NCBI RefSeq assembly: GCF_006345805.1
Contig: NC_043000.1
Location: 79,918,001-79,982,000, forward strand
Reading direction: 5' to 3'
Length of the DNA stretch: 64,000 bases
Origin: Octopus sinensis
Lineage: Eukaryota
Below the pieces are notes generated by a model. It made no database searches. It was not told the origin of the DNA and worked only from the letters and a program-made list of their open reading frames with translations. Below are positions 1 through 13,466 of this stretch, piece by piece. The position numbers were made by a program, and so were the translations under genes. The stretch's first letter is position 1. Every line of letters starts with the position of its first letter.

Positions 1-71
1 AGATGTACCTGGGATGAAGTAAAGAGGAAGATGTTTTTTAGAAATGGCAACTACACCTTTTTACCATTCAG

Positions 72-146
<75 letters not shown>

Positions 147-148
<2 letters not shown>

Positions 149-813
149 TAAGACATGACAGAGTTGGCCAATATCTACACTGGCTAATAAGTCGGCATTA
201 CAATATCAAAACTGCCGACAAGTGGTATAATCACCACCCTGAGGCTGTAACTGAAGGAGAAAATGTAACCATTCTGTGGGACTTTCCAGTACATACAGAC
301 CGAACCATCAAGGCCAATAAACCAGATATTGTTGTGAAAGACGAAAACAATAAAGTTTGCTTATTGATCGACATGAGCATCCCCTGTGATCATAATATCT
401 CAGCGAAAGAGTTTGACAAGCTCAGAAAATATAAAGACCTACTCATTGAAATTGAGAAAATGTGGCATCTCAACGCGGTTACAATACCAGTGATCGTAGG
501 AGCACTAGGAATGATCAAGAAGGGAACCGAAAATTATATGAGAATGATCCCTGGCTTACCATCCCTGCAAGAAGTGCAAAAGATTGTCTTAACTGGTACA
601 TCACACGTATTGAGAAGAGCATTGTCGATGTGAGAACTGTTGCTGCTCATGTATTTTAATTTAACTTAAAAAAAAGAAAAAAAAAAAAATGAACGAACTT
701 CTGAGTTTGGTTTAATGGCCTACCAATGTATACTATGAGTTTCTTTGCCCTAGGAGTCGGGAAGCCACTCGGCAAGAAATGGAAGCAAATTTGAAAGAAG
801 AAGAAAAAAAAAA

Positions 814-814
<1 letters not shown>
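147..814 (+). mobile_element. 5'-truncated R4/Dong-type RLE non-LTR retrotransposon (C-terminal RHD and PD..D..K endonuclease region, stop 631-633, 3' UTR)
   Basis: Translation LRHDRVGQYLHW...ILWDF...NKPDIVVKD...LLIDMSIP...KEFDKLRKYKDL...VIVGALG is typical of restriction-like endonuclease retroelements. It is flanked by (TAA)n at 73-146 and 815-866. The poly-N start of ORF 31-633 is only the microsatellite. Confidence 0.85.
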
Positions 815-846
<32 letters not shown>

Positions 847-866
847 GTAATAATAATAATAATAAT

Positions 867-1079
867 GGTTTCACATTGTGACACAAGGCCAGCAATTTTG
901 GGGTAGAGGTAAGGTGATTACATTGACCCCAGTGCTCAACTCGTCCTTATTTTATCAAAACTGAAATGATGAAAGGCAAAGTTGGCTTCAGCAAAATTTG
1001 AACTCAGAAAATAAAGACAGACTAAATGCCACAAAGCATTTCACCCAGGTGCTAACGATTCTGCCAGCTTGCTACCTTA
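867..1079 (-). mobile_element. tRNA-derived SINE, family A
   Basis: Reverse complement of the head 'aaggtagcaagctggcagaatcgttagcacc...ctgagttcaaatt' (B-box-like). Related copies lie at 33994, 42770, 44486 and 58510. Confidence 0.75.
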
Positions 1080-1356
1080 GGAATAATAATAATAACAATG
1101 ATTAATTGTATTAAAGATTTCTTATTTTGCTCAAGGTCACACACACTTTAAGGAAGAAGTGTAGTGAATTGAATTGACACCTGTAATTCATCTGCACTCA
1201 TTTTATTGATCTCAGAAGGATGAAGAGCAAAACTGACTCTGGTAGGATTTGAACTCTAAACATAGAGATACAGGGCTAAATAATGAGATGTAGTAACTAT
1301 ATTCTGCTACTCTGCACTATAATAATAGCAATAACAATAACACAATGATCATCATT

Positions 1357-1393
<37 letters not shown>

Positions 1394-2633
1394 ACACCCC
1401 TCCTCTTCCTCCTCTCCTCTCTCCCTCCTCCCCTCTTCGTCCTCCCCTCCTCCTCATTATCATCAAAAACTGCAATAATAACCAATAATAATAAGAACTG
1501 CTACTAAATTGCTAACAATCAGGAAATGGACTGTCCCTCCCTATGTAAAAAAGCAAAAATAAATAAATGAAATTAATTAATCAACAGACAACAACAACAA
1601 ATAAAAAAAATTTAAGAAATGACTTCCGCACCTTTATTTTACAACTTCAAAGATATTTCAAAAACAGAGGGGAAAAACAGGTTTAAAATACAAGTCAAAT
1701 TGATGCATTTTCGAATAATCTGAAATAATTTAGAGAAAATGGGTTTATTTCATTTTACTTGATTTTAAATATTTATTATTTTTTGTGGTTTCTATGATGG
1801 GGGCTGGGTTAGAATTCACATTTTAAGCAGGCACAGAATTCATCTTTTGTTTATATATTTCTACTAAATTTTAATTTTTTCTTGTTTTCCCTATAGTGCT
1901 ATTTTGTATTTAGGTTTTGGTGTTATACTTTAAATTTTAGACAACCAATTTGATTGGGACCAAATAAAAATGTAAGGATGTATATTTTCTGTACCCTCCT
2001 GCAACAATTATCCATAACCCATACTGGGCCATTATTTTCTTGGAATTCTCTGATTAGCTAGCTCTTAATGACTGCAAATTGAAGGGTTTGCTTTGCTACA
2101 TAAAGCTAAATATGGGTGTATGTATGGGGTGGTGGTGGGGATAAAGACCCATGATCTCTCAACACTAAACTGATGGTTTCTTTGTCTAGGTCCTCACCTT
2201 TCTTTTCCTATTTTTGCTCCTCTTTCCTCCTTTACCTTCACTTAACTCACCACCTCAGACATTTCGCAAATCACAGTCATTCTTCTTTTAAATTTTCTTT
2301 TTTCACAATTATTGTTGGTGAATGCTGCTGCTGCTGATGCTAAAGAATGTCAACAACAGTTACACACTCATTCATATGCACACATAACATACATGCACAC
2401 ACACATACATAATTATGGATACACATATATTATAATCCTTATTATTTTATATAAATGTTTCTCATGTTATATGGGTGGGGCAAGTCATCACCCACCACAG
2501 CCCATCATCACAGCTGCATTCATCAACAGAGATAAACCAACCATCTTTGCTGTTGTGCATATTGCTATTTTGATATAGTTTCTACAGTAAGACACCCATC
2601 CTATCATCTACCATCTGGCACCATGGACTAGAT

Positions 2634-2933
2634 CAGTGGTTCCCAAAGTGGATGGTACTACCCCTCTGGGGTGGTGGAAAGATTTGGTGGCTGGGGTGGG
2701 GGGCTTTGAAGAAAAGTAGGGCAATAATGGGGTGGCCAAAAGAGGGTGATGGATGTAAAAGCAAACAAAATAATGAGTTCATTAGATTAAGTTTTATTTG
2801 TGAAATACTGTTGTTTTGAATTTGCTGCAGAAAACGGTTTATGTCTGTGATGGTGAATGTGTGATGGGAGGGTGCTAGGAATGTGTTTTGGGTACCAAGG
2901 GGATGGCAGGCCATAAAAGTTGGGGACCCACTG
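2634..2933. mobile_element. hAT-type MITE (300 bp)
   Basis: TIRs cagtggttcccaa / ttggggacccactg with an 8-bp TSD gactagat (2626-2633) / gcctagat (2934-2941). Confidence 0.8.
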
Positions 2934-3101
2934 GCCTAGATAAATTTTATCATACTGCCAACATAAAATTAAAGAGTCTACCCTACATTCTTACCATTAA
3001 TTCTTTTCTATATGTCTTTTTTTTCCTAACTGGAGCACTTTATGGACTGAATAAATTTCATTACACCACAAGCACAAAAAAGGTGTCTGAATCTTCTCCA
3101 A

Positions 3102-3316
3102 CCCTTTAGCATTCAGATTCCCATTAAATGCAATGCTTATTTATTCACATTGTTTAAAATTAAGCTTGCATTATCTCATGGCTTTGAGATTTTGACGATG
3201 TGATTGCTTATTTTTAGAATGACACTGAGGAGTGTGACAGTCTGGATCTGGTCAGTTTGAACATAAAGCAAGTAGAATATTTTGGCCTAATATGGCCTAT
3301 TTTGAATGTTAATGGG
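3102..3316. mobile_element. piggyBac-like MITE, copy 1
   Basis: Ends ccctttagcattca / tgaatgttaatggg followed by TTAA. A homologous copy lies at 54067-54284. Confidence 0.65.
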
Positions 3317-6171
3317 TTAAACTGTATGTTTCCACTCAGAGTCACTGCTCTCTTAGACTGGCTATCTTCAAAGTGGCATGTAGAATCTATGTCCTTTCAG
3401 TGCAGAAGCCTTTCCATAAACTATTTGGTTTGTTTGGAATTCTAGTGCAGCAGTAAAGTCATGGATCTCTATGACTTTTACACTTTACCAGGCAACCCTT
3501 AAGGTGTGTGGTAGGTGGGAATAAAGGTGGATTAAAGTTTCTGATAAAAGTGAAGGTGCATACTGGTAGCTGGAGAGAAAAGGCTGGTATTGAGACTTCA
3601 TTTACTGGATAAGACAGAAAGGGTTTTGTTGGGAAACAACAAGGGTATCTGTATGTCACTAGGCAATTAACAACTAAGCTATTAGTTCAAAGACTGTTAT
3701 ACATATACACTTTATGTGTGTATGTGAATATGTGCACATAGATATATATACATGTATATGTATATATGCGTACACATACACACACACACACACATGCATG
3801 TGTGAATATATGCATGTTCATGTGTATGTGTATGTTTAGCAGCATGTTCAGCATTGCTCGGGATAAAAAATGGTTATGAATGATTTCAGAGTTGTACTTA
3901 AGAAAGGTATACCCAGTGTAACAAAGCATTATTTGACTTCTCTTAAAATGTTAATTTTCTTGTAAAGAATTAAACTGTTTTCCACTGTGTTTGTAGTTGT
4001 TTGTGTCATACTCATATTAAGCGCATATCTGTCCTACAGGTATGTGCTTAATAAAAATAGTATATTTCATAATTTGTGCAAATACCATCTTTCAAATTCA
4101 AACATATTAAATAGAAATATAGAGTTGAGTGAAAGGGAACATAGTTTTATTTAATTTGGAATTGTTGTAATGCAACATAGGATCTTTGTCTCATTCATTT
4201 TGATAATGCTGTCATTTGTACTTTAGAATTATGTCTCTTCTACAATGTGGTTTTCCACTTATGACAACAGCAACATCATTTCATTCAGGTGCATCGAAAC
4301 AATGTGCATATTCTACAGATGATCTCTTTTGTTCATCAAAGATAATTTAAAATTACAAACTGGGTGCAAACTCCAAAGCATACTTGAAACTCTTTACATA
4401 GTTTAAGATCATAATTTGTACTTTTGGAAATGGTATTTCTATTATGAACTTTCAGTCATCAACAAAGTACAGCTGCAGAAACCAGGACTCTTTACTGGAG
4501 AAAAGTTGAAGTGAACAAATCTTCTGGTTGATTGTCCTTGTACTTTTAAAAATTAACATAGATTCCTCTTTGTTTATGATGGCTGCTAAGGAAATCATTT
4601 GGAAAGCAGAGACATATTTTCTGATGGTTTTTAAAAAGTGCATGGATTCCTTAGTAGTGATAGTAAGAAGCTGTTTTAGGAGATCTGGTGGATTGGCAAG
4701 GACTAGTAGATTGCCTTTTCTATTGGAACAGCATATTGCATTTGTCTTTTGTTTCTACTTCTTGGCTAAGCATTTATCACAGATTTTGGACATAGTACCA
4801 GTTGAAACTATTTTTCCAGAAACTTAGTCATGTCCAGGATCATAGATGAAAGCACTTCTTTTCCACAGCTTATGTGTATATGGCTGGTATCTAGACTCTG
4901 CTTATTGCTCTTTGAGATTTCTGCTGTGGGATTTCGTGATGTCTATGTACAGCCTCTGTGGTAGCATACCATTGAAGGCAAACCAGTCTTTCATCAGGCA
5001 TCTTCAGTTTCTACAGATAGCCTGCTTGGAGCAGTCTATTTACATCAGTTGCCATGTCCTGTCAGCATCAGCATGACATTTTTGTTGACACTGTTCATTT
5101 GTTTCAGGCATCCTCAGAACACTCTTGCATTTGGTGCCAGCATCGTAGGTGAAGCACATCTTTTTCTGTGGCATTAGTGAAGGAAAAAAATTATTAAAAA
5201 AGTAATTATAAGCAAGTGTCTTTTCTTGTTGTAACAGGAAAGAATAAAACTTTTATAGTGGGTGGGATGGGGGTGGGGGAAACAATCAAGAAGGTACATG
5301 GATATTGATATAATGAAATTATCACTGTCTAAGAACTGACCAGTAGCTAATACGATTAAAGAGAAACTCTAAAAATGTGACTTTAGGATATTTAAGATCT
5401 AAACAATTTGAGTGATGGAACATATGGAAATGTAAACAAAGATAAATCTTTTTGTGATAGATATGTTTATTCAATCAAATAACTTTTGATGTAAAATGTA
5501 ATATGACAGTGGCAAATTTTTATGAGCAGCAGTAAGTGTTGACAGACAGAGGGAGAAATGATGAAAGTAAAGTCATAAGATAGAGAAAATGGATGAGATA
5601 GAAAGGGGGGAGGTAGGAGCAGAAATATTCCTCTATTTGTTTTCAATAATTTGCCCTCTCTCTACTACTCATCTTTCTTGTGCTTCAGACATTGGCAAAT
5701 TTTCATGAGGAGCTGTAAATTTTGAGAGAGAGAGAGAGAGAGAGAGGAGTATATAGAGATATTTATGACATCATTTGCAATAATTAGCAGTCTATGAGGA
5801 AAACAAAGTAAAGTCGTAAGAGAGAAAAAGTGGGGGAAATATGAGAAGAATCAGCTATTGACATCAAGGAAGCGATAGAGAGGAAGAGAGGGAGTGAGTG
5901 CATATGATATATGAGGAAGAGGAAGAGAAATAAAACACGGAGATTCTGAAAGGAAGTAGTAGAGGAGGGAAAACATGTTACATAAAAATGAGTGTATTAT
6001 TTGTACAATTATTTGTACCTTTATAGCAGTTGACTATAGTACTGCTACACCAGTCATTGAGTATGACTCCTTTGTGTATCACCTGGTTGACTATACAGGC
6101 AACTTGACTATAGCTGACACCATTATGTTGTGGAGTGCATTCTTCACATGGGAAGGTTTTGGCATTTACAA

Positions 6172-6895
6172 CTAACCATTTTCCCTATTTCCTGGTGAGG
6201 ATGTAGTCAATTTGACTAGTGTGTCTACCAGATCGATAGGTGAATAGGTGACTGGCAGGTATCCTGAAGTTAGTGTTACAAACCATAAGATTATTTGCAT
6301 CACAGAATTCCAGCAGCCTGATTCCCTCCTCATTGTGGGAACAAAAACCATAGCCTTCATGGAAACCTCCTGCATGTTGTCCAACATGCCTATTGAAGTC
6401 ACCAGCCACAAAGAGAAGGTCCCTGTCATATGTTGACGAAGTAGTCTGCAAGAGGGGGTCATAAAATCGGTCTTTCTGTCCATCAGGTAGCCCTGGCTGA
6501 GGGGCATAGGCCGAGATAATGGTTGCTAACCCATGGTGCAGCACTAATCTAAGTATTCTAATACTAATCTTAAGTATTAAAGAATGCTAATCTTAAGTAT
6601 TCTATCGCAGACTCTGACTACCCTAATTACCTTATCAACCCATTTCTCCACAAGAAGTATACCCACATCCCTAACCCCGTCAGTGTTCCCTGCCCAGAAA
6701 ATCTTACACCTATGTTCTTTGCCTGTGAAGAACTTAGCAGAACCTCCTCTCCACCTTACTTCTTGGATGCAGCACCAATCTACACGTCTCCGTTCAAGCA
6801 TCTCAACAATCTCACCAGACCTACCTTTAACTGTGCCACATTGAGTGTCCCAAACCTGAGGGTGTGGGAGGTGTGGGCCTGTGAGACCCTGGGAT
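6172..6895 (-). pseudogene. RTE-clade LINE AP-endonuclease fragment (disrupted)
   Basis: CCIQEVRW, GVGILL, IISAYAPQ, VAGDFNRHVG, GIRLLEFCDANNLMVCNTNF and QIDYIL motifs. The frame is broken at 6545-6605 by a short tandem duplication of aatcttaagtatt. Confidence 0.9.
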
Positions 6896-6976
6896 GGGGG
6901 ACAGCAGCATCATGTATCTGAAAAGAAAGCTCATATTTGGCAAAACATATATATATATATATATATATACATATCA

Positions 6977-7373
6977 GAGTTAAACTGCTCTAATGCTGTA
7001 GATAAGCACATGATTGTATACACATATACTGGTAGAGACTATAATTGTTTGAAAACACTGATTGAGAATTCCTTTTACTTATGTCAATTTCGGTAGTTTT
7101 TATTGCCTCATCAGTAAGGACTGGCTTGACTTCAGTAGATTCCAGACTTAATTCTCTATCTGTATATGTTTCCATCATAAGAATTTCTGAATGGGTGAAA
7201 ACATATTATACTGATAGAGGATTAAGTCCAGAATCTACCGTAAACAAGCCACTCCTCACTGATGACATTAGTATAAGGAATTCTCGATTGGTGTTTTCAG
7301 ATGATTATAGTCTCTACCAGTATATATGTATACAATTATGTGCTTTCATAACAGCATTAGAGCATTTTAGCTC
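6977..7373. repeat. ~400-bp fold-back element carrying decayed hammerhead motifs (Penelope pLTR-like)
   Basis: Arms ~6977-7170 and ~7197-7373 are roughly 80% reverse-complementary by eye. The left arm has about 24 extra nt that contain the GAAA half of the ribozyme. Confidence 0.8.
7070..7120 (-). ncRNA. Type I hammerhead ribozyme motif, core intact, stems decayed
   Basis: Minus strand: tcctta CTGATGA ggcaataaaaactacc GAAA ttgacataag TA aaagga. Confidence 0.55.
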
Positions 7374-7673
7374 ATATTTCTAGCAATGTGGGTGTTTCTA
7401 ACACCCTAGTCATATTTAATGACAATTATAGTTTTCCTTTTTGGTTAAACATTCCACTTGTTTCAGCCATTGGATTGCACCCATGCTAGGACACTGCCTT
7501 GAAGAGTTTAATTGAAAAAAATCAACCCCAGTACATTTTTTTCAGCCTAGAACTTATTCTATTCATCTCTTTTGCCAAACTGCTGGCTTATGGGGTCAAA
7601 AAACAAACCAACACCGGTTATTAAACAGTGGTAGAGAAAAACACAGAGATGCACACGCACGCATGCATGCACG

Positions 7674-7704
<31 letters not shown>

Positions 7705-8589
7705 ACACACACACACACAACTGCACACATACACACAGACACACACAACTGCACACATACACACAGACACACTCACACATGCTATTTTTTAAAAATCTGA
7801 CCATCCTAAATTTATTTTTAGTGTGCTTGATAATGATAGCAACAAGCACTTTAGGCATTTGTTCAGTGAGCCATGTAATGTTAGAGCAAAACCATCTTAC
7901 ACAATTCTTTCAAAATAAGCTCTTAACTATATGTGTATAAATATGGTGGTGTATGTTTCTTTATAGGTCTTGGTGTGTGAAAACATTTATATGTTTGTAC
8001 ATATTTGTATATAATTGTATGCATGTGAGTGTGTATATGAATGTATGAGTGTCTATTCACATGAAAATACAAATCATTACACATATATCTCAGACAGTAA
8101 AAAGACAGTATATTCAAACATGCCTCTAAACATAGCTACTAATTCCCAGTTCTGTGTAGTTTGCACTGGTTTACTTTTGTCATATTTTAAATTCTGAAAT
8201 ACAATTGACAACCTACAACTACCTTCTCTACTTCAGAAGTAGAACTTTCAATTACCTTCCCAAACTTATAAATATTACAGGTTCCTTCATTCTTGTAGTC
8301 ATCAGCCAGCCTTCAGGCAAAATTGAGCACATTGCAATTTTTTTGATATAATAAACACACACACACACATGCACACACACAGATGCACACACACATTCGC
8401 AAAAGAACACACATGTACACTCACACACATACACTCACACACACATATGTGCATGCATGCAAATACACACACACAATCTCTCTCACCCTTCCCCCCATAC
8501 ACTCATATGCATACACACTTTCTCTCTCTGTCTATCTCTTTCTTTGTCTGTCTGTCCCTTTGTCTCTCTCTTTCACATGCACACACACA

Positions 8590-8845
8590 TGTACACACAC
8601 ACAAAACATCATCCTTGTTTTAACACTCACTTTTTTATGCTTGCTTGGGTCAGATGGCATTTGTTGAGGCAGATTTTCTGCAGCCAGATGTCCTTCCTGT
8701 CACCAACCCTCACCTGCTGCCAAGCAAAGTAATGTTTCACCATGCCCAGGTATGATTTCAGGGAACATTGAGAACATAAAGCCCAACTTGTATGACTGGT
8801 GATGCCTGTTTATAACTATCATGTGATGTGAAGACAAGGAGGCAC
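8590..8845 (-). mobile_element. Non-autonomous element sharing the RTE 3' tail (RTE-related SINE)
   Basis: catcatcc...ttttaacactcac...atgcttgcttgggt...gatgtccttcctgtcaccaacc resembles the RTE 3' end on the minus strand. Related copies lie at 44405-44870 and 56820-56972. Confidence 0.55.
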
Positions 8846-8859
8846 AACTCTGTTTTGCT

Positions 8860-9178
8860 GTACTCAAGAAGACTCATGCTCCACAGCAAAATTATTAATA
8901 CTGCTCCCCTTGCTGAAGAGGACTGGCATGCAAGAGCCTTGAGTTGGTGCCATGTAAAAAGAACATATGTCGGTGCCACTTAATAGCACCTGTGCAAGTG
9001 CCATGTAAAAAGCATCCAGCACACTTTGTAAAGTGGTTTGTGCAAGGAAGAGCATCCAGCCATAGAAACCAAATGAAATCAGGCTAGAACCTGGTGTAGC
9101 TCTCCTGCTTACCTAGCTCTGGTCAAACCATCCATCCATGCCAGCATGGAAGACAGATGTTAAATAATGATGATGATG
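8860..9178 (+). mobile_element. Decayed RTE 3' UTR with (GAT)n tail
   Basis: ggaagagcatccagc...ccatgccagcatggaagacagatgttaaataatgatgatgatg matches the other RTE 3' ends in the window. Confidence 0.6.
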
Positions 9179-9375
9179 CTACATACACACATACACACAT
9201 ACATACATACATACATACATACATACATACATGCATACAGACTTACATACATACAGACTTACATACATACATGCATGCATGCATGCATACATACATGCAT
9301 GCATGCATACATACATGCATGCATGCATGCATGCATACATACATACATACATACATACATACATACATACATACA

Positions 9376-9405
<30 letters not shown>

Positions 9406-9406
<1 letters not shown>

Positions 9407-10673
9407 GAGGATGGGCTGAAAAGTTCATAGGCTGACTATAAAGAAGTGATACTGAGCTGTGAGATCTTGTATGCATTAGTTTAAACACTTCTTATCAATA
9501 ACTGTTTTGTTCTCTTCAGCTAAACTGATATCTGACTGTTAAAAGAAAGCTTCAAAAGTAACTAGTAGTGACTTCTCTTGGAAATGGACAAAATTTGACT
9601 TCATGGTGTTATCAAATACCTGCAGAAAAAGGCCTTTACTTACAATGACAGTCATGCTGACCTGGTCACTACATTAGGGGATGATTCTACAGCTTTATCA
9701 ACTGTGCAAAAGTGGACAGCTGAATTTAGAAGGGGAATGGAGAGTCTTGAAGATGTCCCAAGGTCTGGATGCTCTGCAACTGTCACCACTGGGGAAAACA
9801 TTGATTATGTTCACTACTTACTGACAGATGACAGGCGATTGACTATAAATCAAAAAACTTATGCTATTAGCATGTCCCTTGAGTGAATTGAGAATTTTCT
9901 GCACAACTAACTTGGCATGATAAAGGCTTCTGCCACATCTGTCACCTAATCAAAAGTGCACCAGGCTGATCATATCATGGAAAAATCTGACATTGCTTGA
10001 GGCAGGCCCAACTGGATTCCTGGAATGTTTCCTAAGCCAGGATGCATGTTGGGTTTATCACTTTGAGTCAAAAACAAAGAGACAATCCATGCAGTGGATA
10101 CACCCCACTTGTCTTCTCCAAAAATAGCCAAGGTGTTTCATACACAGGGAAAGTGAAGGCCTCAGGTTTTTTGGAATACAAAAGGCATCATGTTTATTTA
10201 CTAACTTGAAAGGAGCCAAACCATCAATAGCAAGTACTATGTCAATTTGCTGAGGCAGTTACAAAAGGCTATCAAGATCAAACGCTCAGAAAAACTGAGA
10301 AAGGGGGTCTTGTTTCATCAGAACAATGCTCCAGCATACAAGACCTTGGTTTTAATCGCTGCAGTGCATGACTGGCTTTGAACTGGTTGATCACCCTCCC
10401 TATAGTCCAGATTTGGCCCCATCTTACTATCATCTGTTCTCCAACATGGAAAAACACTCGACTGAGGACCAGTATCACAGTGATGATGATGTCATATCTG
10501 CTTTTGATGGCGTTTTTGAAAAACAGGATGAAAGCTTGTTCACCAATAGGATCTGCAACACTGGAAGAAGTGAGTGGACCACAAGGTGAAGACTATGTTG
10601 AAAAATAAACCCCATTTGGTCACATTCCATGAGAGTACTTTGGACAGCCTATGAACTTTTCAGCTGACCTTCA
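9406..10673 (+). mobile_element. Full-length defective mariner (1268 bp)
   Basis: TIRs tgaggatgggctgaaaagttcataggctg / cagcctatgaacttttcagctgaccttca with TA on both sides (9404-9405, 10674-10675). Transposase remnants VQKWTAEFRRG...RSG, FHQNNAPA and DHPPYSPDLAPSYYHLF (third catalytic D to Y) contain stops and frameshifts. Confidence 0.92.
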
Positions 10674-12275
10674 TACAAAAATAGAAATTCAAAGATTCAA
10701 AGAGAGCTCACAATAAGCTCGTTGACTGGTGCATGGCTATAGAGAAGCAGTAGTTAGCATAAGGATATAATCTCACTATTGTTCTGAAAATCCAGGAATC
10801 ATAGTGGTGGAATCTGGTGTTTTGATTGTTTTGACTTGTTCTGAATGTTCTGATGTGTAGTCTGTTTGTTGTTACCTAATTGTTCCATGCTGGCAATGAA
10901 AAGTAAGTCTAGCAATGATTATAAATGGTTGAATGAAACAGTATGATCAAGACATTAATAGATAACAGGAGGTGCAGGCTTTGCTTGGCAGAGAAAAGAT
11001 TCAATTGGAAATATTCCCTTCCTTCAGAGATCTACCTGAAGTTTATAAATGAGGATTTTTCTTTTTACTATTATGAACACCAGTACATTTTACCCAGCTT
11101 GTTGGCTACACCCTAAGTATAAGGGTTGGCTCTTCCTCCATTAAAGTTTCCCCCACCACTAATGAGGAATTAGTATAATGTTCTTCCTACACTCAGCCTT
11201 TATACATATATAAACCTATTCATATTCATGTATGTTTACTCTTTTCTACCTCTCCCATGTGCCTATATCCAACTATGTCCTTACTCATCTCCACTTTACA
11301 GATATTACATGAACTGAAGTGGACCTTTTGTGATACAAGTCCTAGCATGCAGGTCACTGGCTAAAAGGGACTCATTGAAAGAGTATGACTCTGATGGGCT
11401 AAATGAGCCAGCCTGTTTCTTTACATTAATACATGTGTGTATGTGTATGTATGTGCATGTGTGTTTGGATATGTGTGTATGATTCTGTCAACATTTCTGA
11501 ATCAAATCATGTTATGTAGAAAACCTACTCATTTTTGATGATCTGACTTGATTATCTAATATACATTATGCACCTAATAATCACTTTGTGTCAATGGCAT
11601 GTAAGATGGTGTAACTAAATATCTTACAAACAATCTCTCATGTTCTATTTTCTTTTTACTTGTAATTTGTGAAACACTCAAACTCCGGTTTCATAACAAA
11701 GGATACAGATACAACACGAATGAGAATACACGTGGTGTTCTGAATACTGGTTATTTGTCATGCAATTTAAAGTTTAAATAAGCACTAGATAAATACATAC
11801 ATGGAAAAATGGTATCAACAACTAAACAATTGTTATTAGGTCAGATTGTAGCATCTATATATTTCTCAAAGCATGAGGATAAAATTGCATGTTACAGGAA
11901 TTTAGATCACAAGAGGTCAATAAAAGGTAAGTAGAGGAATGTTCATAATGGGTGTGATACATGTTGTTATAGAGTAATTCTAAGTTATTCATATTAAATA
12001 GTTGGTAAAGCTGGTCATCATAGGTAGAGGCCAAAGCTAGATAAGAAGGAAGAAGATAAACAGATAGCCATTACAACTGTTTTAAGAATAGATGTGCAGA
12101 AGGCGCAGACCCCTGCCAGCAGTTAGTAGCCAACATTTTAGATGCAATCTATTCCATGATTGGAGGAGCTCAAATTGTGTGTACCTATTATCTTATGTTA
12201 TCAACCATAAAGTTACTTGAAATTTAGATAGATAGATACATAGATACATAGATATATACATACACACACACACAC

Positions 12276-12812
12276 ATAAAACCGGCCGACAAGGGTGGAG
12301 CCATAGTGGTGTGCGGACCTCTACAAGGCGGAAGCACTCTGCCAATTTCAAGACACCTCCTCCTACAGCCCTCTGCCCTCTGACCCCTCACCCAGCTATC
12401 AACAGACTGTGTCCTCCATTATCCATGACCTCATCTTCTCCTCCCGTCTCCCCCACAGCCTCAACCTCATTGTCTGCACCCTTTGCTCCCCCACAGTTCA
12501 CTTACTCTCCAAAATCCACAAACCTAACAACCCTGGCCGCCCCATCGTCTCCACCTGCAACTGCCCCACAGGGCTCATCTCCAGATATCTTGACCATGTC
12601 CTTGCCCTCCCTAGTGGCTTCACTCTCACATCCATGACACCAACAATGCACTTCATTTGTTCAACTCTTTCTCCTTCCCTCTTGGCCCCTCTAAACTTCT
12701 CTTCACTCTCGACACCCAGAACCTTTACACGATGATCCCTCACCACGAGGAGCTGCGTGCACTCCAACATTTCCTTGACTTTTGACCCAACCCCCAGCCT
12801 GACACATCCACA
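12276..12812 (+). pseudogene. Penelope-like element reverse transcriptase fragment
   Basis: IKPADKGGAIVV, LLSKIHKPNNPGRPIVSTCNCPTGLISRYLDHVL and LLFTLDTQNLYTMIP, with frameshifts. Confidence 0.85.
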
Positions 12813-12886
12813 CAGAGAGAAAATAAAAGAAATTTAGTGGCTAGCGATCAATCTATGCATATATATATATATATAATATACATAAT

Positions 12887-12921
<35 letters not shown>

Positions 12922-12980
12922 ATATACATAATATATATATATATATATAATATATACATAATATATATATATATATAATA

Positions 12981-13127
12981 CATCTCTCTCCTTGTTTCTT
13001 TCTGTGGAAGAGCGTAGACTCAAAACATAAAAGACTTTTTTACTTCTCGAGCATTAAACTAATACATCTGTTTGCTGTCAACACCACCTGTCTTCGTCTT
13101 TTGTTCTTTTTTGTGAATTCTTCCCCT
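12981..13127 (+). mobile_element. Penelope pLTR-like end with decayed minimal hammerhead (12997-13034)
   Basis: tcttt ctgtgga a gagc gtag actc aaaa ca ta aaaga. Same family as 21540-21745 (-) and 40520-40790 (+), and it lies just downstream of the PLE RT fragment. Confidence 0.6.
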
Positions 13128-13193
<66 letters not shown>

Positions 13194-13202
13194 ATATAAT
13201 AA

Positions 13203-13413
13203 AAGATTGTGGCTAAGGACATAACAATGTGAAGGAAATGCAAGGCAAATGACAAGAAAACTAATATGTGAATTAATGTAGACTTACCCTGTATATATTC
13301 TATCATAACCCTGAAATATTAAATACAGGGTAAGTCTATATTAATTTATATATTAGTTTTCTTGTGATTACCTTGCATATCCTTCACACTGCTTTGGCCT
13401 TACTCACGATCTT
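13203..13413. mobile_element. Fold-back / MITE-like element (~210 bp)
   Basis: Arms 13203-13294 and 13323-13413 are roughly 80% reverse-complementary with a 28-nt spacer. Confidence 0.75.
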
Positions 13414-13466
13414 TATGCAATATATACTACACAATGCTTCATAGTAATTATATAAATATATATGTA

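Noticed and set aside
4700-5160. Possible RTE C-terminal remnant on the minus strand (KMPDERL)
   Set aside because: A single short motif amid many stops is too decayed to support a call.
9157-9488. Long ORFs over microsatellites (also 30102-30626, 43542-44099, 54981-55669 and others)
   Set aside because: Translations of (CATA)n, (TA)n, (CA)n or (GA)n that lack stop codons by construction.
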